DNA of 64,000 nucleotides, taken from the NCBI RefSeq assembly GCF_000007005.1, contig NC_002754.1, one strand, 5' to 3'. The notes under the pieces were generated by a model. That model made no database searches. It was not told where the DNA came from and saw only the letters and a list, made by a program, of their open reading frames with translations. Positions 38,965 to 48,459 of the stretch are shown piece by piece; the first letter of the stretch is position 1, and each line of letters opens with the position of its first letter. This DNA is from Saccharolobus solfataricus P2. Lineage in GTDB: Archaea; Thermoproteota; Thermoprotei_A; Sulfolobales; Sulfolobaceae. The position numbers and the translations under genes were made by a program.

Positions 38965-39868
38965 CTTCCCTATCACCCAAAACTTCGTAAAATAGAGCCA
39001 TTCTAACTGGTACAGCTAATGACGCTTGATAGAAGTATTTAGCGTTTACAGTTTTATCAACTCTCCTGTCTATTTCGGTAACCCTAGGTAATGGATGCAA
39101 TATGATTCCATCTTTCTTCATCATATTAACTAACTTGAGATCGACCACATAACTCTCCTTAACTTTCTCGTATTCTACTTCATCAACAAATCTTTCTTTT
39201 TGAATTCTAGTCACATATAATACGTCAATCTCTTGGATCACATCATAGGGATTTTCAGTTTCTATAACTGGATAATTTAATTCATCTAATATTTCTCTTC
39301 TAACCTTTAATTGAGAAGGAGAAATTAGAAATACCTTCTTTGGTTTGAATCTAGTTAACGCTCTTAGCAAACTATTCACAGTTCTTGCGTATTTCAGATC
39401 TCCTAATAATGCAAAAGTCCTCCCATCTATTTCACCAAACGCCTTATATACAGTATATAAATCTATAACTGCTTGTGTAGGATGCTCATGCTTTCCATCT
39501 CCAGCATTAATTATAGGTATATCGCTTATCTCACTTGCGAATAATGCTGCCCCATCAAACTTATGTCTCATTACAATACAGTTTGAATAGTTGTTTAGCA
39601 TCCTAATGGTATCAGCCAAATTTTCACCTTTTGCTATCGAAGTAGACTCCTCGGATGCAAATCCTATCACATCAGCACCTAATTTTATTGCTGCAGTATG
39701 AAAGCTTTGAGCAGTTCTAGTACTTGGCTCAAAGAATGCTAATGAAACTACTTTCCCTGATAGATAATTTAGTTTTTTTACATCATAGAACTTGTCTGCA
39801 AGTTCGAATATTCTAAAGTAGTCATCTCTGGTCAAGTCAAGCGACGAAACTACGTGTCTTAATCTCAC
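38957..39868 (-). CDS. pyrB: Aspartate carbamoyltransferase catalytic subunit
   Basis: [25 protein letters not shown] motifs. Confidence 0.97.
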   Translation of the reverse strand: MRLRHVVSSLDLTRDDYFRIFELADKFYDVKKLNYLSGKVVSLAFFEPSTRTAQSFHTAAIKLGADVIGFASEESTSIAKGENLADTIRMLNNYSNCIVMRHKFDGAALFASEISDIPIINAGDGKHEHPTQAVIDLYTVYKAFGEIDGRTFALLGDLKYARTVNSLLRALTRFKPKKVFLISPSQLKVRREILDELNYPVIETENPYDVIQEIDVLYVTRIQKERFVDEVEYEKVKESYVVDLKLVNMMKKDGIILHPLPRVTEIDRRVDKTVNAKYFYQASLAVPVRMALFYEVLGDREDD

Positions 39869-39931
39869 AAAGCCCTTATAACTGGTTATGATAGAAGTAT
39901 ATTTAAATTCTTTTTCACAGAGTCTCTACGT

Positions 39932-40519
39932 ATGAATTTCGCAGAAGTCTTACTCGAAAGGAAATTATTATTAATAGGAAGTTTCGTTTTAACATCAGGT
40001 AAGGTTAGTCCATATTACTTAGACTTAAGACCTTTACCAAATTATCCAGAATTTTACGATATAGTTAATCAAGCTATAAAGAAAGCAAAAGATATACCCC
40101 ATGATATAATAGTAGGAATAGCCACTGGAGGAGTTCCCTTATCGGCATTCATAGCTTGTAACCTTAAAGAGCCTATGGGATATATTAGAATAGAAAAGAA
40201 AGGTCATGGAACTAATCGTACATTAGAACTCGATGTAAAAGGAAAAAGAGTATTGTTAGTAGATGACGTTGCAACTACAGGAGTATCCATAGAGAAAGCA
40301 ACATTGGAGATTCTTAACGGTGGAGGTAAAGTTTCAGACGCACTAGTAATCATAGATAGACAAGAAGGGGCTTCACAAAGATTGGAAAAACTAGGAGTCA
40401 AATTACACTCTCTATTTAAAATTTCAGAAATTCTAGATGAATTGTTGAAGAGTGATAAACTTAAGGATAATGAAAAGAAGTCAATTCTAGATTATTTGGT
40501 GAAGAATGTTGAAAAGTAG
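39932..40519 (+). CDS. pyrE: Orotate phosphoribosyltransferase
   Basis: [24 protein letters not shown] motif. Confidence 0.97.
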   Translation: MNFAEVLLERKLLLIGSFVLTSGKVSPYYLDLRPLPNYPEFYDIVNQAIKKAKDIPHDIIVGIATGGVPLSAFIACNLKEPMGYIRIEKKGHGTNRTLELDVKGKRVLLVDDVATTGVSIEKATLEILNGGGKVSDALVIIDRQEGASQRLEKLGVKLHSLFKISEILDELLKSDKLKDNEKKSILDYLVKNVEK

Positions 40520-41174
40520 AGTAATATTAGCAATGGATAAACCTCTCTCATATCAAGTTCTTAAAGAGATGGAAAATGAGTTATATGGGATAAAAGTTGG
40601 TTTACCTTTAGTTTTAGATCTAGGAGTGGATAAAACTAGAGAGCTCTTAATTGGTTTAGACGTGGAGGAAATTATTGTTGATTTTAAGCTTGCAGATATC
40701 GGATACATAATGAAAAGCATAGTTGAAAGATTATCTTTCGCCAACTCGTTCATAGCACATTCCTTTATAGGCGTTAAGGGATCTCTAGATGAATTAAAAA
40801 GATATCTTGATGCAAACTCTAAAAATTTATACTTAGTTGCCGTAATGTCACATGAAGGATGGAGTACGTTATTCGCAGACTATATTAAAAACGTTATAAG
40901 AGAGATAAGCCCAAAAGGAATAGTAGTTGGAGGGACTAAATTAGATCATATAACGCAGTATAGGAGAGACTTCGAAAAAATGACCATAGTCTCTCCGGGT
41001 ATGGGTAGTCAAGGTGGAAGTTATGGCGATGCAGTATGTGCTGGAGCGGATTATGAAATCATTGGAAGAAGTATTTATAATGCAGGGAATCCATTAACAG
41101 CATTAAGAACTATAAATAAGATTATCGAGGATAAGGTGATGAAATGTAAAGGAGCAATTTTTAGGAAAAAATGA
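40506..41174 (+). CDS. pyrF: Orotidine 5'-phosphate decarboxylase
   Basis: [24 protein letters not shown] motifs. Confidence 0.96.
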   Translation: MLKSRVILAMDKPLSYQVLKEMENELYGIKVGLPLVLDLGVDKTRELLIGLDVEEIIVDFKLADIGYIMKSIVERLSFANSFIAHSFIGVKGSLDELKRYLDANSKNLYLVAVMSHEGWSTLFADYIKNVIREISPKGIVVGGTKLDHITQYRRDFEKMTIVSPGMGSQGGSYGDAVCAGADYEIIGRSIYNAGNPLTALRTINKIIEDKVMKCKGAIFRKK

Positions 41175-41808
41175 AATTAGTGAAAAAATAGCCGGTCTTT
41201 ATAAACTAACATTAATAGGGGAAAATCTACACGAGGAATATGGCGTAATTCCAACAACAGATTTAACTTATATTTATATAGATAGAGATTATGAATTTGA
41301 TCTCGAAAACGATTTAGTCAAAAAGGGTAGAAGTGTGTATGAGTATTTTGTAATTTATGATGAGATATTGAGGATTTATATGAATTTCTTACAAAACCTT
41401 ATGTTAAACTACGCCAGTAGGACTATCAATTCAGATGTGGAGTTTATGAACATAGTACTTAGCGATGGATCATACATAATACTTGAGGGAGATGAGAAAA
41501 GAGTTTCTATACCATTTCCAAAGGGTATAGCCACTACACATACGCACCCGGGAATTTGTTTGTTTTCTCACAAAGATTTGGAAACAGCTGATCACTTATT
41601 TAGTATTGGTTATGCAGTAGTTTCAGTAATGAATACCAAATGCATTTCCTCTTTATATAGACGTGGTGTATATACATTAGATGATAAACTAGCTTTAAAA
41701 AATTTGGTAGGCAAGATTAAAAAGGCCAAAAATTTGGAGGAAGTGATTAATATATACAGAAATCTAGCTTTTCCTAATTATCTAAAATTTATCACTTATT
41801 CGATTTAG
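41146..41808 (+). CDS. Hypothetical protein with a JAB/MPN-like HxH..S..D motif; inferred non-canonical start (GTA)
   Basis: Frame open for 64 codons upstream of the track GTG (41335); AGGTGAT SD 5 nt before GTA 41146; E...HTHPGICLFSHKD. Confidence 0.6.
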   Translation, partial: VKEQFLGKNEISEKIAGLYKLTLIGENLHEEYGVIPTTDLTYIYIDRDYEFDLENDLVKKGRSVYEYFVIYDEILRIYMNFLQNLMLNYASRTINSDVEFMNIVLSDGSYIILEGDEKRVSIPFPKGIATTHTHPGICLFSHKDLETADHLFSIGYAVVSVMNTKCISSLYRRGVYTLDDKLALKNLVGKIKKAKNLEEVINIYRNLAFPNYLKFITYSI

Positions 41809-42802
41809 CCAGTATATCTATTGTAGCTTCAGCTATATCAGCGGAATATCTTGCAACCCTCCTTAAAGATTCAACTGTCATCGAAGTTGAAGTTATAATC
41901 TTTGGATTGTCATTACTTTTAATTGCTATTTCTTGTAATTCTCGTAATTTTTCAAATATTTCAATATTTGAAATTAGACTATGTGCAATGTCCTTCTTTT
42001 CGTTTAAAAACGCATTCATGGCCGACTTATAACTTTCCAAAATCGTAAGACCTAAATTCACTAGATCTTCTTTATTACTAAACTTACTTACATCCTCTAC
42101 TAGACTGGCTATTCTGTTTGCGTGATCACCTACTCTTTCAATTGTTTTGGCTACTGAATATATATCGACCATTTGTGTGAGATTATACCCCTCAGAATCC
42201 AGTACGTTTATAGCTTTTACTGAAATAGTTAATTGCCTAGCAATATAGAAGAAAAACCTATCCACCTCATCGTCTCTTCCCGATATTTCTTTAGCCAGCT
42301 CGATATCAGCCTTACTTATAGCCTCCAAGGAATCTCTAAGCATGTTATATGATATTGTAAATGCTCTTGATATCGCCTTTTTGATTGATAACTCTTTTTC
42401 GTCAACAAGAAATTGGATAGAAATTGTACTAACATCCTCTTCTATTACCTCAGCCCCCAGCAATCTTCTCCTTACTACATCCTTAATATAAGCCCTTGTA
42501 GAGCTAGACATCCTAGGACATGTTATTGATACAGAAGAGAATCCAGCTATGTAATATGCTATAAATTCCCTGATGATGGCTTCTGACGTCACGTTATCGC
42601 AATGTATAATCTTCTTGATTTCTTTCTGATCTGTTGTATTCGCAGATTTGGGAACTATAAGTAGCTTCATATCAGTATCTTGATAGATCTCAACTTCATC
42701 GCCGGCAGATAATGATAATGCTTTTATCCATTCCTTTGGTAAAGAGACTATATAGGTAGATCCTCCAGTTAACTGTATTTTCCTTGTTATTGATTTGCTC
42801 AA
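41792..42802 (-). CDS. phoU: PhoU-family regulator with an N-terminal AbrB/SpoVT DNA-binding domain
   Basis: RKIQLTGGSTYIVSLPKEW, RDDEVDRFF, ERVGDHA, RYSADIAE. Confidence 0.92.
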   Translation of the reverse strand: MSKSITRKIQLTGGSTYIVSLPKEWIKALSLSAGDEVEIYQDTDMKLLIVPKSANTTDQKEIKKIIHCDNVTSEAIIREFIAYYIAGFSSVSITCPRMSSSTRAYIKDVVRRRLLGAEVIEEDVSTISIQFLVDEKELSIKKAISRAFTISYNMLRDSLEAISKADIELAKEISGRDDEVDRFFFYIARQLTISVKAINVLDSEGYNLTQMVDIYSVAKTIERVGDHANRIASLVEDVSKFSNKEDLVNLGLTILESYKSAMNAFLNEKKDIAHSLISNIEIFEKLRELQEIAIKSNDNPKIITSTSMTVESLRRVARYSADIAEATIDILAKSNK

Positions 42803-42804
42803 TC

Positions 42805-42822
42805 TAGATCTATATAGATCTA
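42805..42822. repeat. Perfect 18-bp palindrome TAGATCTATATAGATCTA
   Basis: Read directly; lies between the cdvB3 stop and the phoU start. Confidence 0.9.
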
Positions 42823-43326
42823 TGTATTAACTTGATAATAAGTTTCACTTTTTCTCTTCTCGGCGATTTTCTCCGCATCCAACAATACGCTTCTCGCTTC
42901 TTCTTTTACATTAATCTTTATCTCTTTGGGTAGATCGACATTAACGTAGAAATTACTATATATATCGTCAAGCAATAGTGAGATATCTGGCGTTAAATTG
43001 AAACTTTCTTTAAGCAGCTTTATAGCTTCAACTACTGATGCAGCGCTAGTAACTATATTGCCTATATAGATAATAGTCTCAATTTTTATCTCAAGTATCT
43101 CTAAAATTACCTCTAGTGTCAACAAATGGTCCATCACATTCTCGAGAAGCTCAGATTCTCTAGCGACCATTTTTGATAAATGAGGGAATGAAGCTACATT
43201 TCTCATAAAGATATGATTATAAGTACCTATCTTATTCTGCATTCTATTAATTATGTTTTGCACCTTATTTCTTGCAATCCTTACGTCTATTAGTAGCTCC
43301 GCTAAGCTCTTTCCTTTCTTCTTCAC
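42820..43326 (-). CDS. cdvB3: ESCRT-III/Snf7-family protein CdvB3
   Basis: Snf7-like helical pattern (LEILEIKIETI...EEARSVLLDAEKIAE); identity recalled from the Sulfolobales pyrEF-proximal paralogue. Confidence 0.75.
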   Translation of the reverse strand: MKKKGKSLAELLIDVRIARNKVQNIINRMQNKIGTYNHIFMRNVASFPHLSKMVARESELLENVMDHLLTLEVILEILEIKIETIIYIGNIVTSAASVVEAIKLLKESFNLTPDISLLLDDIYSNFYVNVDLPKEIKINVKEEARSVLLDAEKIAEKRKSETYYQVNT

Positions 43327-43378
43327 GGAAATAGATATTAACTAGAAAGGTTTAAAAGGCAAAGGTTAAGTTGGTTTA

Positions 43379-43696
43379 TTAGCTTTTATTAGCTTTTTGC
43401 CTAATTTCTCTTTCTAATTCATCTAGAACGTCCTTATAAGTCTTATAAAAAGTTGTAAGCTTATAAGGCAAACCGTATCCATCGGCCTCCCTATATACTA
43501 TATTATTCTCCATTAGAACTTCTAAGTGATGCATTACAGTTTTATAATCAAGTTTTAACGTTGAAGCTATTTGGTTGGGATTCAAGGGTTTCTCCTCTAG
43601 TACTCTTACTATTTTTAGCCTAGTTATTCCTCCCCTTGAAGTGAAAAAAAGAAACCTGAAAAATTTTTTAACTTGCTTTCGTTCCTTTTCGTTCAT
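43379..43696 (-). CDS. ArsR-like winged-helix transcription regulator
   Basis: GGITRLKI..L...[20 protein letters not shown] pattern. Confidence 0.85.
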   Translation of the reverse strand: MNEKERKQVKKFFRFLFFTSRGGITRLKIVRVLEEKPLNPNQIASTLKLDYKTVMHHLEVLMENNIVYREADGYGLPYKLTTFYKTYKDVLDELEREIRQKANKS

Positions 43697-43773
43697 TATA
43701 CATTTAGAGATATAATTATAACTTGCTAAAATGTTTCATCACTATATATACAAACAGAATATCCTCTAGTCTG

Positions 43774-44166
43774 TCATCTGGTAGTGCCTCTTTTCTCTGT
43801 TGTAGATTTAACCTTTAATAAAACACATTTCAAATCCAAATCATTAACCAACCCAGCACAGTCTTCTTGAATAGCAAGATATTCTAATTCTGTATAGACG
43901 TTATATTTGGTATATATGTCTCTTAACGTAAATTTCATGTTTAGATAATCCCTAATAAAATCCAAGTGTCCACATTTAGCGATAATTTGTAATAATCCCA
44001 AATCCACTAATCTCCTCCTTCTATTTTTACCGATAATTATTATTCTTAGTCCTATACTTATCTCATCAATACTGCTGAATTCTTCCGCACTTATGTCATT
44101 CTCATTTATTTCTATAATAGGTTCTTCACTTAACAGATATCTTAATATCACATCACTAAGTGTCAT
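43774..44166 (-). CDS. Hypothetical protein (130 aa)
   Basis: ATG-initiated ORF filling the gap, divergent from taw3. Confidence 0.65.
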   Translation of the reverse strand: MTLSDVILRYLLSEEPIIEINENDISAEEFSSIDEISIGLRIIIIGKNRRRRLVDLGLLQIIAKCGHLDFIRDYLNMKFTLRDIYTKYNVYTELEYLAIQEDCAGLVNDLDLKCVLLKVKSTTEKRGTTR

Positions 44167-44201
44167 AAACTTTTATTGAGCATAGGGGATTAATTAAATA
44201 T

Positions 44202-44831
44202 ATGTTGGTGTGGGAGGAACTAAGAGAGAAAGCGCTTAATAAAATATACCATGATAAAGAAATAGGTTACTTAGATCCAGATATTCTTGGCTTCTTACTA
44301 GCATTCTATAGAAACAGAAACGATGTTTATACCCAAAGTAGTTGTAGTGGGAGAATAACTATTGTTGATGCGGAAATGCCTTGGGATAGGAAAAACTCAA
44401 CTATCATATTCAAAAATCATTTGAGAATTACGGAACAGGATCTAGAGGACGTTTTAAGCAAAAATCAAGTTAGGCGACTATGGTTAATAGTACAAGGACC
44501 CATTATACATATTTATGCTAAAAACATTGAAACTGGCTGGGATATCTTGAAAATCGCTAGAGAAGCTGGTTTTAAACATAGTGGGATTTTAGCTACAAAC
44601 CAAAAGGGAGTCTTAGTTGAATTAAGAACGGGAATAAGAATGGTTCATCTCTTAAGGGAGTCAAACACAGAGAGAGTTGACAAGGATAAAATAAAAACAT
44701 TAGTAAATGTATGTAATGAAGTGTTAGCAAGAGGAAAACAAAAGATGAATCTATTAAAAGACCTATTATCATCTAGCTCCAATAATTCTATGGAGCTGGG
44801 GAAGAACTCTAAATTGAAGACCCCTATCTAA
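44202..44831 (+). CDS. taw3: tRNA wyosine methyltransferase Taw3/TYW3
   Basis: YLDPDI, TQSSCSGRI, IIH, GFKHSG motifs. Confidence 0.93.
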   Translation: MLVWEELREKALNKIYHDKEIGYLDPDILGFLLAFYRNRNDVYTQSSCSGRITIVDAEMPWDRKNSTIIFKNHLRITEQDLEDVLSKNQVRRLWLIVQGPIIHIYAKNIETGWDILKIAREAGFKHSGILATNQKGVLVELRTGIRMVHLLRESNTERVDKDKIKTLVNVCNEVLARGKQKMNLLKDLLSSSSNNSMELGKNSKLKTPI

Positions 44832-45404
44832 CACAATTTGCACTATTTCATTTATTGCATTTATATAATCGCTTCTATTTCCATCTGGTTGTAGGATAAC
44901 TTTGCGTGGATTAATACTCTGAGACTCGACGAATTTTACAACCTCATCTATATCCTTATTTGGATAGACTATAACAAACTTATAATATGTAGCCCAATCA
45001 TCTGCGAAGTCGTATTTTAGCTTATGCCCAGAATTACTAAGCTTAGGAGAAACCGAAAAGATATCAATGATTTTCCTTAATTCCTCTGAAGGCTTTATTG
45101 TACCGTTTGTCTCAACCACAATCTTATGCCCTATACTCTTAAGTTCCTTAGCAAGTGGTAATATGTTTTGGAGTAAAGGTTCGCCCCCAGTTATCGTGGT
45201 AGTTTTAATTTTCTTATCAAGTTTTGCAATAATCTCATCTATACTCATCTCAGTGCCAATTTCCCACGAATATTTCGTATCACACCATACACATCTTAAG
45301 TTGCACGTAGCAAGTCTAATGAAATTTGAAGGGATCCCGATAACCTCCCCTTCACCTTGGATAGAGGTAAAGATTTCAATCACGCGATACTTCATTTGTA
45401 CCAC
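44769..45404 (-). CDS. queE: 7-carboxy-7-deazaguanine synthase (radical SAM)
   Basis: EIFTSIQGEG, CNLRCVWCDT, TGGEPLLQ, ETNGT, SPK, PQLH. Confidence 0.92.
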   Translation of the reverse strand: MVQMKYRVIEIFTSIQGEGEVIGIPSNFIRLATCNLRCVWCDTKYSWEIGTEMSIDEIIAKLDKKIKTTTITGGEPLLQNILPLAKELKSIGHKIVVETNGTIKPSEELRKIIDIFSVSPKLSNSGHKLKYDFADDWATYYKFVIVYPNKDIDEVVKFVESQSINPRKVILQPDGNRSDYINAINEIVQIVLDRGLQFRVLPQLHRIIGAR

Positions 45405-46374
45405 TACTTTTTACCAAGTTAAAAAGTTCCTCTTTTAACTTATCTATACCGATTCCCTTTTCAGCGCTTATTTCGTGCCATTCGTTTCCTTCACTTAAAA
45501 GAAAATCTACAATCTTTTTATAATATTCTTCATATTTCTCATCAATCTTATTAATTACAGGTATGACAATCTTTTTTAATAATTTCACCTCCCTAAATAA
45601 TTCTATTTGACCTTCTACAGATAGAACTGAGGAAATCGAGGAATCAAACATGAATACGATTATGCCATTTAAGTTTCTTATCGCGTTAGTAGCCTTTCTC
45701 TCTATTCTATTTCTCTCAGCTTCTGGCCTATCCAAAATGCCTGGCGTATCAATAACCTGAATACGAAAGTCGTCTAAAATTACATGACCTACATGAACTT
45801 CTTTTGTAGTAAAGGGATAACTGGCAATTTCTGGTTTAGCTGTAGAGATTTTCGAAACTAAAGTGGATTTGCCTACGTTTGGAGGGCCAGCTACTACGAT
45901 AGTCGGCAATGTTGGATCTATACCTTGGATTTTCTTTAATTCTTTCGCTACGTCTATTACTCTATCTATACATTCACTGGATTTTCTTAATACGGAACTT
46001 ACTCTTCCAAACGCTTGACGCATTATTCGATTAGATTCATTTTCCGGACTTTTCCTTATCTGGTTGATGTATTTTTTCAATATCTTCATAGATATTACGC
46101 TGGTTTTCTTGGTAACTGATAAACATATCCTCAGTTTATTAATATCAGTCATAATTCTAGTTGCCTCTAAATAAAAAGGATGTAGTTCGTCAATTTTAGG
46201 GAATTGTTCCACAAAGTCGTAGTATTTCTTAATTCTCTCATAATATTCCTTTAATCTTCTTATCTCTCTATCCCTAACTGTAGTACCACCTATCTTTGGC
46301 AGCCTTTTTAGCATGGTATCAATAGTTTGATTGGCTTTTGGCGGGATCTGTAACTTCTCAAATGGATTTAACAT
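45376..46374 (-). CDS. NOG1-family GTPase
   Basis: GPPNVGKST, ASYPFTTK, DTPGILDR, NKID. Confidence 0.92.
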   Translation of the reverse strand: MLNPFEKLQIPPKANQTIDTMLKRLPKIGGTTVRDREIRRLKEYYERIKKYYDFVEQFPKIDELHPFYLEATRIMTDINKLRICLSVTKKTSVISMKILKKYINQIRKSPENESNRIMRQAFGRVSSVLRKSSECIDRVIDVAKELKKIQGIDPTLPTIVVAGPPNVGKSTLVSKISTAKPEIASYPFTTKEVHVGHVILDDFRIQVIDTPGILDRPEAERNRIERKATNAIRNLNGIIVFMFDSSISSVLSVEGQIELFREVKLLKKIVIPVINKIDEKYEEYYKKIVDFLLSEGNEWHEISAEKGIGIDKLKEELFNLVKSSGTNEVSRD

Positions 46375-46712
46375 ATCTTAGTTCCTGGAGGAACTTCTCC
46401 GTCTACAGTTAGTATTCTGGGTTTTATTCCTTTCGCTTCATCCTCTTTACATCCAGCGGCCAATAACATACCTTGGCTCTCAAAACCTCTTATCACTCTA
46501 GGCTTTAAATTGGCTATAACTATTATCCTCTTGTTCAATAACTCCTCTGGGGTATAATATTCTCCTAAACCCGCAATTATTTGCCTTTGTTCTGAACCCA
46601 AGTCAATCAATAGTTTTAGTAATCTTGTTCCTTCAATCCTTTCAGCTTGTCTCACAATTCCAACCTTAAGGTCTAATTTTGCAAAATCGTCTATTGTAAT
46701 TTGATTACTCAT
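46368..46712 (-). CDS. Stand-alone tRNA-binding OB-fold protein (Trbp111/MetRS C-domain-like)
   Basis: ITIDDFAKLDLKVG, ANLKPR, SQGMLLAA; start moved to ATG 46712. Confidence 0.9.
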   Translation of the reverse strand: MSNQITIDDFAKLDLKVGIVRQAERIEGTRLLKLLIDLGSEQRQIIAGLGEYYTPEELLNKRIIVIANLKPRVIRGFESQGMLLAAGCKEDEAKGIKPRILTVDGEVPPGTKIC

Positions 46713-46821
46713 GATGTTAAGCATTGGTGAAGAATTATAAGGATTTTGATTTACATAATGAAGTAAAAGTTTATACTTATTTGAAGCTAACTTTTTATAT
46801 CGGTTATGTAAAATTGTCGTA

Positions 46822-47523
46822 ATGGAAGTTAACAAGATTTCTGAGGGAAAGACCAAGATAGTTTATGATTTTGATAAAGATCACGTATTACTCGAGTTTA
46901 AGGATGACATAACCGCGGGTGATGGTCAAAAAAGAGATATATTGGAGGGTAAGGGCGTTTTAAACGCTCAAACATCAGCATTCTTCTTCAGATTACTAGA
47001 AAGAAATGGTATAGAAACACACTACGTAGGGATGAAGGATGAAAGAACGATGATAGTAAAGAAATTAAAGATGATACCAGTAGAAGTTGTATTAAGAAAC
47101 ATTGCTACAGGTAGTATAGTTAAGCGATTACCAATTAAAGAAGGTGAAGTCTTTGAATCGCCAATAGTGGAATTTTTCTTAAAGGATGACTTACGTCATG
47201 ATCCCCTACTTAACTATTACCATATGGAACATCTTAAATTAATGAATAGGAAAGAGGCTCAGCATATAGAAGATATAATGATGAAGGTGAACGATGTACT
47301 ATTCAATTTTATTAAAAGCAAAGGATTTATATTATATGACTTTAAACTAGAATTTGGCCGTTTGGGCGATAAACTAGTAATTGGAGATGAAATATCGTTA
47401 GATAGTATGAGAATTAGAGATGGTAATTCCAGAATTTATGATAAGGATTTATATAGGAAGGGTTACGATTTAAAAACAGTAAAATCCTCGTATGAGGAAT
47501 TTCTAAAAAGAATTACCTCATGA
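46822..47523 (+). CDS. purC: SAICAR synthetase
   Basis: [31 protein letters not shown] motifs. Confidence 0.97.
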
Positions 47524-47533
47524 GGGCCCCTTT

Positions 47534-47788
47534 ATGAAATACTATGTAGAATTGATAATAATAAATAAAGACTCAGTTAGAGATCCAGAAGGAGAAACAA
47601 TACAAAAATATGTAATTGAGAAATACACAAACAACATAATTGAAACGAGAGTAGGAAAGTACATCCAGTTCAAAATTGAGGCCAATAATGAAGAGGATGC
47701 AAAGAATTTAATTGAAAAAATTGCCAATGAGGGAAGATTATACAATCCGATAATTCATAAAATACTCGTTAGAGTGAGAAGAGAATGA
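47534..47788 (+). CDS. purS: FGAM synthase subunit PurS
   Basis: RDPEGETI, VGKYI, YNPII. Confidence 0.93.
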   Translation: MKYYVELIIINKDSVRDPEGETIQKYVIEKYTNNIIETRVGKYIQFKIEANNEEDAKNLIEKIANEGRLYNPIIHKILVRVRRE

Positions 47789-48459
47789 TTGCAATAATTA
47801 AGTTCCCAGGGACTACTTGCGAAACTGATGTCTATAAGGCATTAATAGAGGCTGGAGTTCCCACAGTGATAGTAAAGTACAAGGACTTCGATCCAGATAG
47901 ATATAATGGAGTAATTTTACCAGGGGGATTTAGCTTTGGAGACTATCTAAGGGCTGGAAGTATCGCAGCTAGTACGGAAACTATGAAAAAAGTCAAGCAA
48001 ATGGCAGAGGATGGAAAAATAGTAATTGGAATATGTAATGGTTTCCAGATCCTTGTGGAAAGCGGGCTTTTAAAAGGAGCATTGCTTCCTAATTTAAAAT
48101 TAAGATTTATCTCGAAGTGGGTTTACCTTAAGGTAATTAGGGCTGACACAATTCTAACCAAAGGATTAGATAAGAAAATAATAAGAATGCCCATAGCACA
48201 TGCGGAAGGTCGATATTATGTGGATGATATAGATTATGCAAAGACACATATGGTTCTCCAATACTGTGATGAGAATGGAAATATTAGTGAAGATGTCAAT
48301 CCAAATGGATCATTACTTAATATAGCCTCAATAGCTAACGAGGAAGGGAATGTAATAGGAATGATGCCACATCCAGAAAGGGCTTCCTTTAAACTGACTT
48401 CAATTGACGGAACTGTTGACGGGTTAATTCTTTTGAGGAGGTTAGGAGAATGGGCATAA
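47785..48459 (+). CDS. purQ: FGAM synthase glutaminase subunit PurQ
   Basis: FPGTTC, PGGFSFGDY, GICNGFQIL, MMPHPER. Confidence 0.97.
   Translation: MIAIIKFPGTTCETDVYKALIEAGVPTVIVKYKDFDPDRYNGVILPGGFSFGDYLRAGSIAASTETMKKVKQMAEDGKIVIGICNGFQILVESGLLKGALLPNLKLRFISKWVYLKVIRADTILTKGLDKKIIRMPIAHAEGRYYVDDIDYAKTHMVLQYCDENGNISEDVNPNGSLLNIASIANEEGNVIGMMPHPERASFKLTSIDGTVDGLILLRRLGEWA

Noticed and set aside
41166-41172. A-AAA-AAT heptamer resembling the known Sulfolobus fucA1 -1 frameshift site
   Set aside because: Its phase would shift ribosomes from the downstream frame into the pyrF stop, so it cannot produce a PyrF fusion by -1 slippage
43340-43372. AAAGGTT direct repeats flanking the cdvB3 TATA box
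   Set aside because: Short and AT-rich, and similar TTTTAAACCTTT strings occur at unrelated promoters such as pdxS
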